A DNA stretch of 57,341 nucleotides, counting the filler, from Basidiobolus meristosporus CBS 931.73 (taxonomy: Eukaryota > Fungi > Basidiobolomycota), in the NCBI GenBank assembly GCA_002104905.1. It is 3 parts of 3 records of this genome, joined end to end, with 100 filler letters (N's around TTAATTAATTAA, not from the genome) between each part and the next. Parts side by side here need not be neighbours in the genome. Positions count along the whole stretch, not along the records: positions 1 to 26,455 come from MCFE01000916.1; 2 more parts are not named here. The stretch is one strand, 5' to 3'. The position numbers and the translations under genes were made by a program. Of this stretch, positions 12,661-22,995 are shown in pieces (position 1 is the first letter of the stretch; each line of letters begins with the position of its first letter). The notes under the pieces were generated by a model, which saw nothing but the letters and a program-made list of their open reading frames with translations, had not been told where the DNA came from and searched no databases.

Positions 12661-15600
12661 TTAAAGAGGTTCTTCTCCTGAAGAGTCCTGTCTATCGGAC
12701 TTGTAATACCAGTATTTGGTTGGTGGTGTCATTGGGTTTTTTAGCTGTGCTTCCTTTAGTCGGTCTCTATGCGCTAGGTCCTCCTTTACTTTACCTGACA
12801 TGTCTGCGAGTTGAAATGTATTGAAGGGCATTTCTCTTGTGATAATAAAGGGTCCAACCCAATGTGGTTCTAGTTTTAGCCTACTTTCATTTCGGACTAA
12901 TACAAGTTTTCCCAAAGTTAAGGGTTTTGTTACCACTGTTTTGTTGTACTGTTCTTTCATCTTCTCTGCTTGTCGTTTTAAATTCTTGATGGCATCATGT
13001 CTTGCATGTCCTAATTCTTCCAGTTCCCTTGTTCTGAATTCCGCCAAGTCTTTTTGGTTCTTTAAGTCCCAGATGTATGGTGGTAAGGTATCACCTGGGA
13101 TTCTTGGATGTGTACCATACACTAGGTAGAAGGGGGACTTTTGTGTTGCTGAATGGACTCTAATACGACAGGCAAAGAGTGCTTGATGTACAAATTCATC
13201 CCACTTATGTTTGGCTCCTTTGACATAAGTAGTCAGCATCTTCCCAAAGAGTCCATTGAACCTCTCTGTAACCCCATTTGTTCTAGGGTGGTATGCTGAT
13301 GTCTTCAAATGTCTAACCCCCATTATCTGAAGGTATTCTTTCAAGGTTTGTTCCAAAAAGTTTGCTCCTCTGTCAGACAGAATTTCACCTGGGCATCCAA
13401 ACTGCATAAAGATTTCCAGGTAAAGGAATTTTGCAACATTTTTTGCAGTAGCTGCTGGCATGGCTTTTGCTATACACCACTTAGTGGTATGGTCAATTGC
13501 AGTTATGATCCACTTGTTCCCTCTTGAAGTTTCAGGCAAGATTCCAATGAAGTCAATTCCCCATCTGTAGAATGCTGGAACTGGAGTCAGTGGTTCTAAT
13601 GGGGCATGTTCCTTGTTGTATGGTCTAGCAAGCTGGCACTCAGGGCAGGTCTTGAGGGTCTCAGCTATAAATTGTTTGAGTTTAGGCCACCAGGCTCTCC
13701 TTTTAGTTATTTCATAAGTTCCTTGGATGCCCAGATGTCCAAAGGCTTTATGATTCTTGATTATCATGTCACCTCTGTATACAAATGGAATATATGGTAC
13801 AGGCCCTATTTCTTCCATGTGTCTGTAAAGTACCTTGTCTTCACCATATGAGAAATTCTCTGCTTCTTTCTTAATCTTGACCCTTACTTCCTGTGATAAA
13901 TCTTCTGGCATTGTCTGACTTGCCAAGTACTCTGGCATGTATTCTGGCCAGTCCAACTCATGATCTACCATTGATATATGTTGCCTTGAGAGTGCATCAG
14001 CAACTGTATTCTTTGGCCCAGGGAGGTAGTGGATTTTAAAATCAAATTGTTGTAGTTCTTCAATCCATCTAGTTATTCTTCTGGATAATAGCTTCTGGGT
14101 GTGAATGTATCTTAGGGATGCATGATCTGTATATACCACAAAGTGTTTGCCCTCCAAGTAGCATCTCCACACTCTCAGACAATGTAGTATGGCATAGAGT
14201 TCTTTTTCATGGACTGGGTAGTTTTGTTCAGTTACTGATAGCTTTTTGGACTCATAAGCAACCGGGTGTTCTTTTTGAGTCAGTACCCCTCCAACAGCTA
14301 GATCTGAAGCATCAGTGTATACACAGAAAGGTTCTGAGAAATCAGGCAACAGAAGCACAGGAGTTTGGCATAGCTTTTCTTTCAGAGTTAGGAAAGCTGT
14401 CTCACAGTTTGGGGTCCATATATAGTCTTTCTCTTTTTTGGTCAAGTCTGTAAGGGGGGCTGCAATAGTTGCAAAGTCCCTGATGAATCTTCTGTAATAT
14501 GATGCAAGTCCCAGGAAGGATCTCATTTCAGTGAGTGACTTTGGGGCTTCCCATTTCTGGATAGCATCTATCTTGGCTGGATCCATGTGTAGTCCTTTAT
14601 CTGAGATTATGTGACCAAGGTATTCAACTGATCTGGTGAGGAATTCACACTTAGGAAGTTGTGCATATAGCTTGTGCTTTTTTAGTATAGCCAGTACTGT
14701 CTTCAAGTGCTTCATGTGGTCATCCATGCTGGTACTATAGATCAGAATGTCATCTAAGTAGACCAGGACAAATTTCTCTAAATATGGTTCCAGGATGCTA
14801 TTCATGAGTGTCTGAAATGTTGCTGGGGCATTAGTCAGGCCAAAGCTCATCACAACAAACTCATAATGACCATATCTTGTGTTGAATGCTGTCTTAGAGG
14901 TGTCTTCAGGCTTAATTCTGATTTGGTGATATCCAGATGCCAGGTCTATTTTAGAGAATATCTTTGCCTTCCCCAGTTGGTCAAAGAGGGCATCAATTCT
15001 TGGTAATGGGTAGGAATTTCTGACAGTGATTGCATTTAGGGCCCTGTAGTCCACACAGAACTGTAGCTTCCCATCCTTCTTTGGAGCAAAGAGTACTGGA
15101 GCTCCCCATGGTGATTTACTGGGTTTTATCCAGCCTTTAGCCAGGTAGTCCTTCAATGTTTCCTTCAAAGTCTCCATTTCCTTTGGGGAGAACTTATATG
15201 GGGCTCTGTTTCTTGGTTTATCATCTGTTACTTCTATGGCATGGTCAATCTCTCTGCTTGAGGGTAGTGCAGGGATTTCCTTGGGAAAAACCTCTTGAAA
15301 CTCTGCTAACAAGGTCTTGAGCCTGTCATTTGTCACTTCTGTGGTCTCTTGGATTTTGGCAAAGGCTATCATGTGCAACAGTTTGGGATTCTGTCTGATA
15401 GAGTGGGCAAACTGTTTCTTTGATATGGTGTGTTCTGGTGCATTGCCTTTGTCCAGGGTTGGTTTGGGTGACAGATGATATTTTGCATCATCCTTGTTGA
15501 TTACAACTTCCTGAGTCTGCCAGTTTATGTCAGGATTGTGCTTTCTTAGCCAAGTTTGTCCCACATTGATTTCAAAGTTGGCTTGGGGTATGATAATTGG

Positions 15601-15909
15601 GGAAATGGTGTCTTGGAAGTCCCTGATTTGTAAAGTCAAGGGTTCAGTCCTGCTGTTCACTATAATTGATTCCTTGGTGGCACAGAGGATGTGAATTGGG
15701 GGGCAAGGGATTGTTTGTAGCTTCATCTGATCAGCTACATCTTTTGAAATGTAGACATCAGTTGCTCCACTGTCAATGAGTACAGAGACACATTGGTTGT
15801 TGTTGAGAATCCCTGGGAGTTTCAGCATCTTTGGGGTAGTATATAAGCTCTGAGTCCTCTGATACTCCTTAACAAGGCTGATTGTGTGCTCCTCCTCCTT
15901 AGTGGAGAG
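12661..15909 (-). CDS. pol: Ty3/gypsy Pol (protease, RT, RNase H, integrase)
   Basis: LIDSGA protease, CVDYRALN and YLDDIL RT, VYTDAS RNase H, H-H-C-C zinc finger, GIDF/SDRG/TERFN integrase, GPF motif, no chromodomain. Frame stays open from the ATG at 15828 up to the gag stop at 15910-15912. Confidence 0.95.
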   Translation of the reverse strand, partial: LSTKEEEHTISLVKEYQRTQSLYTTPKMLKLPGILNNNQCVSVLIDSGATDVYISKDVADQMKLQTIPCPPIHILCATKESIIVNSRTEPLTLQIRDFQDTISPIIIPQANFEINVGQTWLRKHNPDINWQTQEVVINKDDAKYHLSPKPTLDKGNAPEHTISKKQFAHSIRQNPKLLHMIAFAKIQETTEVTNDRLKTLLAEFQEVFPKEIPALPSSREIDHAIEVTDDKPRNRAPYKFSPKEMETLKETLKDYLAKGWIKPSKSPWGAPVLFAPKKDGKLQFCVDYRALNAITVRNSYPLPRIDALFDQLGKAKIFSKIDLASGYHQIRIKPEDTSKTAFNTRYGHYEFVVMSFGLTNAPATFQTLMNSILEPYLEKFVLVYLDDILIYSTSMDDHMKHLKTVLAILKKHKLYAQLPKCEFLTRSVEYLGHIISDKGLHMDPAKIDAIQKWEAPKSLTEMRSFLGLASYYRRFIRDFATIAAPLTDLTKKEKDYIWTPNCETAFLTLKEKLCQTPVLLLPDFSEPFCVYTDASDLAVGGVLTQKEHPVAYESKKLSVTEQNYPVHEKELYAILHCLRVWRCYLEGKHFVVYTDHASLRYIHTQKLLSRRITRWIEELQQFDFKIHYLPGPKNTVADALSRQHISMVDHELDWPEYMPEYLASQTMPEDLSQEVRVKIKKEAENFSYGEDKVLYRHMEEIGPVPYIPFVYRGDMIIKNHKAFGHLGIQGTYEITKRRAWWPKLKQFIAETLKTCPECQLARPYNKEHAPLEPLTPVPAFYRWGIDFIGILPETSRGNKWIITAIDHTTKWCIAKAMPAATAKNVAKFLYLEIFMQFGCPGEILSDRGANFLEQTLKEYLQIMGVRHLKTSAYHPRTNGVTERFNGLFGKMLTTYVKGAKHKWDEFVHQALFACRIRVHSATQKSPFYLVYGTHPRIPGDTLPPYIWDLKNQKDLAEFRTRELEELGHARHDAIKNLKRQAEKMKEQYNKTVVTKPLTLGKLVLVRNESRLKLEPHWVGPFIITREMPFNTFQLADMSGKVKEDLAHRDRLKEAQLKNPMTPPTKYWYYKSDRQDSSGEEPL

Positions 15910-16866
15910 TTAGAATACTCTTTGTAATGGCCTCTTTGGGCATTCATTGACTTTATGACCCTGTTCCTTGCAGTAAAAGCATAGTCCAAGCTTGAAGCAT
16001 TCCTCTTTAGAAGGTCTTGGTGTGCTCTGCATAACATCTAGGTCCATAGGCTCCAGTGTTTGGGGGTAGTGTGCACCTTGTTCAGTGATTGGTTGACTAC
16101 CAATAGGTATGTGGTTATTGGCTTTGAAGCCTGTAGTAGTTCTTGAGTGACCAATTCTGTGGTTGACAGCCCTTCTGAAGTGTATGGCATCATATCTTTC
16201 TGCCAGTTCCATAGCCTCTACTAGGGTTTTGGGGTCTTTGTATTCAATTTCCCATCTAGTGTTGGATTTCAGGCCTCTTAGGTATTGCTCAAGTAGTTCA
16301 GTATCAGGCATGTTTTGAATTTGCATACTAAGCAAGTTAAACTGCTCATTGTACTCTTGAACAGACTTGGCTTGAAAGAGTTTGGACAGTTTTTCTCTTG
16401 CCATTCTATCAGCATTGATAGGTGTAAACCTCTTTCTCAATGCTTTAACAAAGTCAGCCCAGGAGGCTATGGGTGGAAAGATGCCCCTATTCATTCCTTG
16501 AATGTGAAGTTTCCACCACATGGTTGCTTCCTTTCTGAAAAGTGAACAGGCATAATGTACTTTGACTTCTTCAGAGTCATCTGAGAAGTATAGGTACTGC
16601 TCTACTTCAAATATCCAAGTCTCTAGAGTGGCAGTGTGTCTTTTGCCTTCAAAGATGTTGGGTTTCTGAAGTTTCAGATTTGTTGCCCTATATTGTTTTG
16701 TGCAGTCCAGAGAGCCTTGCCCATCTTCTCCAAGATTCAAGGAATTGGGAGGCACCGCAGGTCTTACAGATGAGGCTTCACCCTCTCTCTGTATACCTTG
16801 ACCAGTAAACCATGATCTCTGGGTGTTCACAAAATGTAAAGAGTCCAAGTCTGTCTGCCTACCCAT
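15910..16866 (-). CDS. gag: Ty3/gypsy Gag with CCHC zinc knuckle (N-terminus probably truncated)
   Basis: Retrotransposon gag-like core (WIFEVEQY...ATMWW...WADFVKALRKRF), PMDLD motif, CFYCKEQGHKVNEC knuckle; first ATG inside the element is 16866. Confidence 0.85.
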   Translation of the reverse strand: MGRQTDLDSLHFVNTQRSWFTGQGIQREGEASSVRPAVPPNSLNLGEDGQGSLDCTKQYRATNLKLQKPNIFEGKRHTATLETWIFEVEQYLYFSDDSEEVKVHYACSLFRKEATMWWKLHIQGMNRGIFPPIASWADFVKALRKRFTPINADRMAREKLSKLFQAKSVQEYNEQFNLLSMQIQNMPDTELLEQYLRGLKSNTRWEIEYKDPKTLVEAMELAERYDAIHFRRAVNHRIGHSRTTTGFKANNHIPIGSQPITEQGAHYPQTLEPMDLDVMQSTPRPSKEECFKLGLCFYCKEQGHKVNECPKRPLQRVF

Positions 16867-16933
16867 TCTTGGGTCCAGACTAGGGAGGGCTGCAGGCTCA
16901 GTTGTGTGGGATAAATCATAACAAGTACAAGCT

Positions 16934-17015
16934 GGTGAGGTGGCCGAGTGGTCTAAGGCGCTGCGTTCAGGTTGCAGTCTCTTCAGAGGCGTGGGTTCGA
17001 ACCCCACCCTCATCA
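16934..17015 (+). tRNA. tRNA-Leu(CAG)
   Basis: 82-nt cloverleaf: GGTGAGG/CCTCATC acceptor, CTGCG-TTCAGGT-TGCAG anticodon arm, long variable arm, GTTCGAAC T-loop, TTTT downstream. Differs from the 27229 copy at two CpG sites. Confidence 0.9.
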
Positions 17016-17413
17016 ACCGTTTTACTCTTAGCTTACACAAAAATGATAAGAGGAAATATCACAATGCTAACATTCACTGGGCAGTCTGTCAATCTCGAAT
17101 CTTTGTGTTACCAAAATCAATCCGGTAACCCTGCCAGATATTCTCTCCAATATCAAACTCTTCGGTGGAGGGCAGCATTACTAAAGACTGAGGTTGAGTA
17201 TGTTAGTACGTAAGCGAATATCTAATATTAATGCCCGCAGCTCTGATCATGATACAGGTGTGTGCAAGTAAAAAGCGCTGGAGACACAGTTAATGATAAT
17301 CACAAGTAACAACAAATATAGGAATGTCATTTCAATTTTATTGATTGAAGATTTTCAGTAATAGTGTGGTGATGGCTGCCTACATTTGAAGCATTGTCAC
17401 CGCACTAGTTGTA

Positions 17414-17902
17414 TTACACGTTTTGCCCTGCACAATCTTCTACGCATTGCATCTCTGCCACAGGGGTTGTGTATTGTATATCTTGGGTGGGCTGCATCAG
17501 GACGTAGGGAGAGAAAGAACTATCTTCCAAGTGTTCCGCTCCCTTTTGCTTGGCATATTCTAATGCATTGGCTCCACCCTCCAGTTCCAGACTGGGCCCT
17601 GCTTGATACTTGACATTGAAGCCTTTGTTGCTGTTGGCGTTAGCAATGTTCAGGTTATCGTGCTTTCTGGTCACGGTGGTGAAAACCTGGCGCAATAATG
17701 GGGATTGGACATTTGTCGTCTTAACGACAGGCAAAACTCGAGCGTTTTGGTAGCAATCGCTCGCATACTGTGCACATGGTAAGCTGCGATAATGCACCCT
17801 TCTATACTCGCGAGTGCATGGAGAAGAACAGCCGATTGGGGCAGCAACGGCAACTTGAAGAGCGGCAAGGCCTAGAATCACTGTTATGGTAGTAGAGCGC
17901 AT
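17414..17902 (-). CDS. Small secreted Cys-containing protein (162 aa), unknown family
   Basis: ATG start, hydrophobic signal peptide ending VAVAA|P, TATA-like element upstream, intact paralog at 27680-28177. Confidence 0.75.
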   Translation of the reverse strand: MRSTTITVILGLAALQVAVAAPIGCSSPCTREYRRVHYRSLPCAQYASDCYQNARVLPVVKTTNVQSPLLRQVFTTVTRKHDNLNIANANSNKGFNVKYQAGPSLELEGGANALEYAKQKGAEHLEDSSFSPYVLMQPTQDIQYTTPVAEMQCVEDCAGQNV

Positions 17903-18085
17903 GCTGAAGAATAGCTGAGAAATAAGTTAGTTGCATAGGCCGCTATATAGCATGGGAGGCTATATAATAAGGTTAAGTCAAGGGCATAAAGTGAGTCTTG
18001 TTAGATTGCGCATGTTTTCCATTCTGTTATTGACTTTATTGAGGAAGCCTGTAACATATAAAATACATGCACTGGAATGACAGCC

Positions 18086-18089
<4 letters not shown>

Positions 18090-18122
<33 letters not shown>
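18090..18122. repeat. (TA)n microsatellite
   Basis: About 16 TA units; the paralogous site near 28352 is not expanded. Confidence 0.95.
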
Positions 18123-18125
<3 letters not shown>

Positions 18126-18296
18126 TCTATCAGCGCTGCCCATACTTCTCTTCAATACGAACAATGACATTGTGTACAACGATAAGTGCCACTGTTTCTG
18201 TGTGTGCATATCAGAAAATTCTTGAGTACTTGTACATCATCAGCATACCGAGTAATATGTTGCTCATTTTATTTCGTAGGTTTACTTTTACTAGAC

Positions 18297-18842
18297 TTAA
18301 TGTCTGTTTCCACTGAAATATCTAACTTTGAAGTGGCGACGAGCAGATCTCTTATACTTCTTGTACCCACCTCTAAGCGCACGCGCTGCTGGCTGAGTGA
18401 TGATAATTTGTGACTGTTGCTGCTTGGGCTGGTACAGGGTTTGATCAATGACTTGCGCTTGGTCGAACTGGTTTGAGTTGGACAAGGCATTGGCTTTACT
18501 GGAGGAATGGCCATTGATTTTGTCCAGCAAGGCTTGGGATGGTTGAAGATTGGAAATATCGAACCCTTGCAACCCAGAGAATCCTGGCTGCTCACCCAAA
18601 GTCTCGCTTGTCTGCATTGGCTCACTCATCTCCGAATCATCCCCCTCCTCAGTTGATGGCCGGTATTCTTGACTGGGGGCCGAAGTGTCCTGATAACAAG
18701 CACCCTGTTGTCCAACACATGGCTCATTGGTGTAGCCCACCTGGGATTCACCGAGTGGGGTAGCGGAAATTGCTTGCAACGAAGCGATGGCAGAAACTAG
18801 CAAGAGGAAGGAAAGCTGCATGACTGGCTGGTGGAGTCTCAT
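18297..18842 (-). CDS. Secreted Q/S-rich protein with basic C-terminal tail (181 aa)
   Basis: Signal peptide LSFLLLVSAIASLQAISA|TP; same-length intact paralog at 28539-29084. Confidence 0.75.
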   Translation of the reverse strand: MRLHQPVMQLSFLLLVSAIASLQAISATPLGESQVGYTNEPCVGQQGACYQDTSAPSQEYRPSTEEGDDSEMSEPMQTSETLGEQPGFSGLQGFDISNLQPSQALLDKINGHSSSKANALSNSNQFDQAQVIDQTLYQPKQQQSQIIITQPAARALRGGYKKYKRSARRHFKVRYFSGNRH

Positions 18843-20164
18843 GCGAATTTTGCCGATTTATATCACCTCGATCCCACTCAATTAGGCTTCGTTCATAGCG
18901 ATAGCTTTATGCGAGCTAGATTAATTTAACCTTTACTACTTTACCTCTTCGTACCAAGGCTACACAGTATAGGCTGCACTTCAAAGTGTAAAGAATGAGG
19001 GCGATCTGGTCAATGATATCCTTAATATCATTCACAATTCTCAGTTTTTGCAATAGCTATCCATATTGGTAAGGACTTTGGTAATTGTTTACTAATGAGC
19101 CTAAACATTACCGTCGATAGCTCCAAGGTGATTTCGGTCAATTTCAGCGGGTTTTGGTACTCCCTTTGTATCAGTGCAGCTTTCCTGGATGGTACTTTAT
19201 CCTGTGAGCTTGGTATCTTTGTTACATCTTTAAGGCAAGTATCTCTTACAATAGTCCTATCATTGCCTGGAAGGTATTGTCCTTTGGTAGTGTTGTTTTC
19301 TTGCTATACACATGCTTATATATATTGCTGAACTGACCCTGCCGCAACTTGAGAGCAACCACCACAGTCAAGCTTTGGGGCAGGCGTACCAAATTAACCT
19401 TTTATTACGAGAACCTAGGGCTGTTGCTGATTGGTGAACAATACGACTGTCCTGTACACCCCAGGACAGTACAGGCAAGAATATATTGGTTAGTTGTTTG
19501 CCAAGAGTTGGGGATATTGAGTGGATAGTGCTTGGGATAGTTGAGGCTGCCTTGGAATTTCTTGTTGTAGTACACGCGTTTTCAATTAGTTATTTGTCAA
19601 GAAACAAGCCAAATGTGACTGTTCACTTTATTTGTGTTACGCTTTATCTATGCTGCTACAATCGATAGCTTGGATGGCAATGCTTTCTTGCAAGACACAT
19701 GCACTTATCTATTGCAAACTTTACCCTGCCACAGATGGAGTACAGCGTCGGATTAAGAGCTCAGCCACCGACTACCACGGTCATTCTTTTGGGCAGGTTG
19801 ATTATATAACCTGTTATTTCAAGAACAGACTCATTGCTGATTGGTGCAAATCCTTGTCACCAATGACCGGCATGGTGCATAGAGATGGTGCCGGCAAGAA
19901 GGAAATATTCATGGATGTGTTTAGCTAGTATTGGTTTCCTCAGGTAATATTGCAGATTTGGCCTCAACCGTAACCATTCATGATTTCTGGATCATTTCTC
20001 CAAGCTTGGCCTAAGACTCAGCACTTTAGGTGGGAAGCCGCTATACTTAGTAGAAAAGGGCACATGAAGCAGCCAACACTAAGCCACCACCTGGATAAGG
20101 TGATATAAAGCAGCAGGTGTGGGCTTGTCAGTCTCAAGACTTATTGCACTCCACTTTCTCAGCC

Positions 20165-20383
20165 ATGGTATCTGATCAAGAAGCCCGTTTGTATTCTGCC
20201 GATGTCAGAGAAGAAATTGCCAGAGCCAAGAGAGCTAACAACGGGAACTACGCCTCAGTCACAGTCAAAGGGATTCGCTGGACTTGGAGAGGACCCGGAA
20301 CTGGCAAGCTGTCCTTCAAGCAGATCCTCAAAGGAAGAAAGGGGACCGCCTGCGTGGATAGCCAGACATGGGTAATCTCGTAG
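20165..20383 (+). CDS. Small hypothetical protein (72 aa), three copies in the window
   Basis: TATAAA ~60 bp upstream, good ATG context (GCCATGG), frame conserved at 30402 and 31380. Confidence 0.4.
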   Translation: MVSDQEARLYSADVREEIARAKRANNGNYASVTVKGIRWTWRGPGTGKLSFKQILKGRKGTACVDSQTWVIS

Positions 20384-21543
20384 GGTTTGGTTGGTGCCTA
20401 CTTAGCCGGTGGACTCTTGGAGATGTTGCTGTTATGGATATTTAGCTGAAGCATTGTGAAATAAATGAGTTCAAATCCGCGTTCCTTTGACCCAGCTGTA
20501 TTATGCTCATTGCACTGTGAGCAACTAACATATGTGTGAACTGCTACTTTGATTGTTTAAGTGTTTTGATTAGATACACGTGTACAACTGCCGTGTACAG
20601 GCATCCGTTCCAGCAATCAGTATCGTGTCGCACGCTCCGCACTTCTGAAGACAATCCTTTTCTGTTGCGGTTAATATGATATGGCACCCCTGAGGTCTTT
20701 GCTTTTGTCTTAGTAGCGTTGTTACCTCTTTATTCAAACATATAAATGATGCGGCAATAATATGCAAAATCAAAGGTAGCAATCCTTGAACTGGGCTGCT
20801 CATCACATTTTGTGCCACACGGCTTTTGCCGTGCAATACACTCATCCACGAAGAATGTTCTAAATGCAGTACCACACGGATGAAAGTAAGCCTTCCCTGT
20901 TAGTTTCAAGTGTAGAACTACTTTGCTGATAGTTCATTAGATGATTTATTAGGTAGATACAACATCTTTGGTGTCCCGGAATACCAACCTTTTACCAATA
21001 CCTGAAGGGCGCAAGTAGAGAGTGTCAACACAGCTGGCCTCAATAATGGCAGGTAAGGAGAGTTGTAACATGTAAAGTAAACAAGTACTCTTGAAGCACG
21101 TGAAATATAGGTCATTACGTACACTGCTAATTAACCTTCCTCTGTGCAAAGCACTCACTCAACGGTTGTTGTAGCTAGGCAGTCTGTAACAATGGAATAT
21201 GTAAACCAGCTCTATACACAAATAACAATGTAATGGTTACATTCACTCTACTTATTGACAGTTATAGCAATCATGATATGCAGCATTGTTGCTTATACAG
21301 TGTAAATGATATATAGCACTGTGGCAAACAACAGTTCAATAGATGGTTCCCAATACAGTTGCATATATTAAGCCCCAAAGATGAGACCAGCATATTTTGC
21401 TACACTATTGGCTCCCATTATACTGCTATATAGTTGCTGCTTGCTTCTTAAGCACTAATCTCCGTATATACAATACGGCTTGTCTCCAGCATCTGCATTG
21501 TCATGTGTACGCTCCACATTGAACGTATTGGATTTATTGATTA

Positions 21544-21741
21544 TCAGATACAGCATCTCTGGCCAGACTTGCATCCGGTATCCCAGAATACTGATCTCCA
21601 ACCGGTGGGGCAGCCACCGGAAACGCACAAGGAGCCTCTTGAGTTCCCTTGGGCTTGGCACGAGAGAGCATCTACGGAGCCAGAACTGGAGCTGGCCACA
21701 AGGAAGGCGACCATCAGGGAGACTGCAAACTTCTTCATCAT
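21544..21741 (-). CDS. Secreted six-cysteine beta-defensin-like peptide, copy 1
   Basis: Signal peptide plus 40-aa mature region with C-x10-C-x4-C-x12-C-x5-CC; intact tandem paralog at 22798. Confidence 0.75.
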   Translation of the reverse strand: MMKKFAVSLMVAFLVASSSSGSVDALSCQAQGNSRGSLCVSGGCPTGWRSVFWDTGCKSGQRCCI

Positions 21742-22797
21742 TGTTTTGATTGAGAGCTTAGTGTGTGAATGATGTCTAGCAGCAAGGTTAGCTCAATATA
21801 TAGGCGTCATTTCCCCATTGTTGCACATACTTTCGTCGATAGTTGCTGTGGCTAGCTCTACAAATGATTGTACATGAGAAGAAGGCTACCTGGGTAATGT
21901 AAACCAGTTCCACAGAGCTGCAGCATTGAGATGATGTTAATACACAAAAATAAATTGGCAATCCATGAACCGGGTTGCTCATCAGACATGCTATTGTGTA
22001 GTGGTAGTCCTACACCAATAAAGCATCTTTGGCCTCTAACTGGAAAGTAAATCAAGACCTCAAGATGCATAGACAATCTCGATAATTATGTTTACTGTAA
22101 CATGTACATTCCATGACTGTTGTGGCTAAGCAGTCTGTGACAACGGAATGAGTGTGGATACCATTTGAGACTTAAAGCGGTAATGATATTCAATCGGGAT
22201 ATGCAAAGTCCTAGGTAACACTGTCGCTTATAAAGCATAAATGAATCTTGATTTTTAGGCCTAGATGCTGCTATTTGCAATAACACGCAAGTATTTGATA
22301 TAACTTTAGTGTTTGTAACAACTTGCATTGATTTTACAACAAGTAAATATAGATATGAGATTGCTGTCCCACTTGGGAATTGAAATATGTTGTATTCTTT
22401 ACAACGACTTACCCGATAATTCATTAGATAATTTATTAGGTAGATACAACATCTTTGGTGTTCCGGAATATCAAACTCTGACTTGCGCCTGAAGGGCGCA
22501 AGTAGAGAGTGTCAACACAACTGGCCTCCATAATGGCAGGTAAGGAAAGTTGTAATATGTAAAGTAAGCAAGTCCTCTTGACGCATGAGCAATATAGGAC
22601 ATCATGTACACTGTTGCTTATCCTTCCTCTGTGCAAAACACTCACTCACATAAAGAGGAGGCTAACATATTTTGCTACACTTTGGCCATAGTTACTGCTT
22701 GCTTCTTAAGCGCCAATCTCCAAATACTCTGTCCTGTTTCTAGCATCTGCATTATTGTGTGTATATTCAACATTGAACATATTGGATTTATTAACTA

Positions 22798-22995
22798 TCA
22801 GATACAGCATCTTTGGCCAGACTTGCATCCAGTATCCCAGAACACGGATCTCCAACCGGTGGGGCAGCTACCGGAAACGCACAAGGAGCCTCTTGAGTTC
22901 CCTTGGGCTTGGCACAAGAGAGCATCTACGGAGCCGGAACTGGAGCTGGCCACAAGGAAGGCAACCATCAAGGAGACTGCAAATTTCTTCATCAT
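22798..22995 (-). CDS. Secreted six-cysteine beta-defensin-like peptide, copy 2
   Basis: Same as 21544-21741 except S>L and G>S; part of a ~1.2-1.5 kb tandem duplication. Confidence 0.75.
   Translation of the reverse strand: MMKKFAVSLMVAFLVASSSSGSVDALLCQAQGNSRGSLCVSGSCPTGWRSVFWDTGCKSGQRCCI

Larger units (their letters stand above)
12340..16923 (-). mobile_element. Ty3/gypsy LTR retrotransposon inserted 10 bp upstream of tRNA-Leu; 5' LTR almost entirely deleted
   Basis: gag + PR-RT-RH-IN order, TGTTATGA...TCATAACA termini, 4-bp TSD AGTA (12336-12339 and 16924-16927), PPT AAGTGTGGGAGTA next to the 3' LTR. Confidence 0.95.

Noticed and set aside
12821-14453. Short plus-strand ORFs inside pol (likewise inside LINE ORF2 and the secreted genes)
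   Set aside because: Antisense shadows of real coding sequence with no independent support.
16867-17040. N-terminal extension of the 376-aa gag ORF
   Set aside because: It starts at a TTG outside the element and runs antisense through the tRNA. It is open only because of the LTR deletion.
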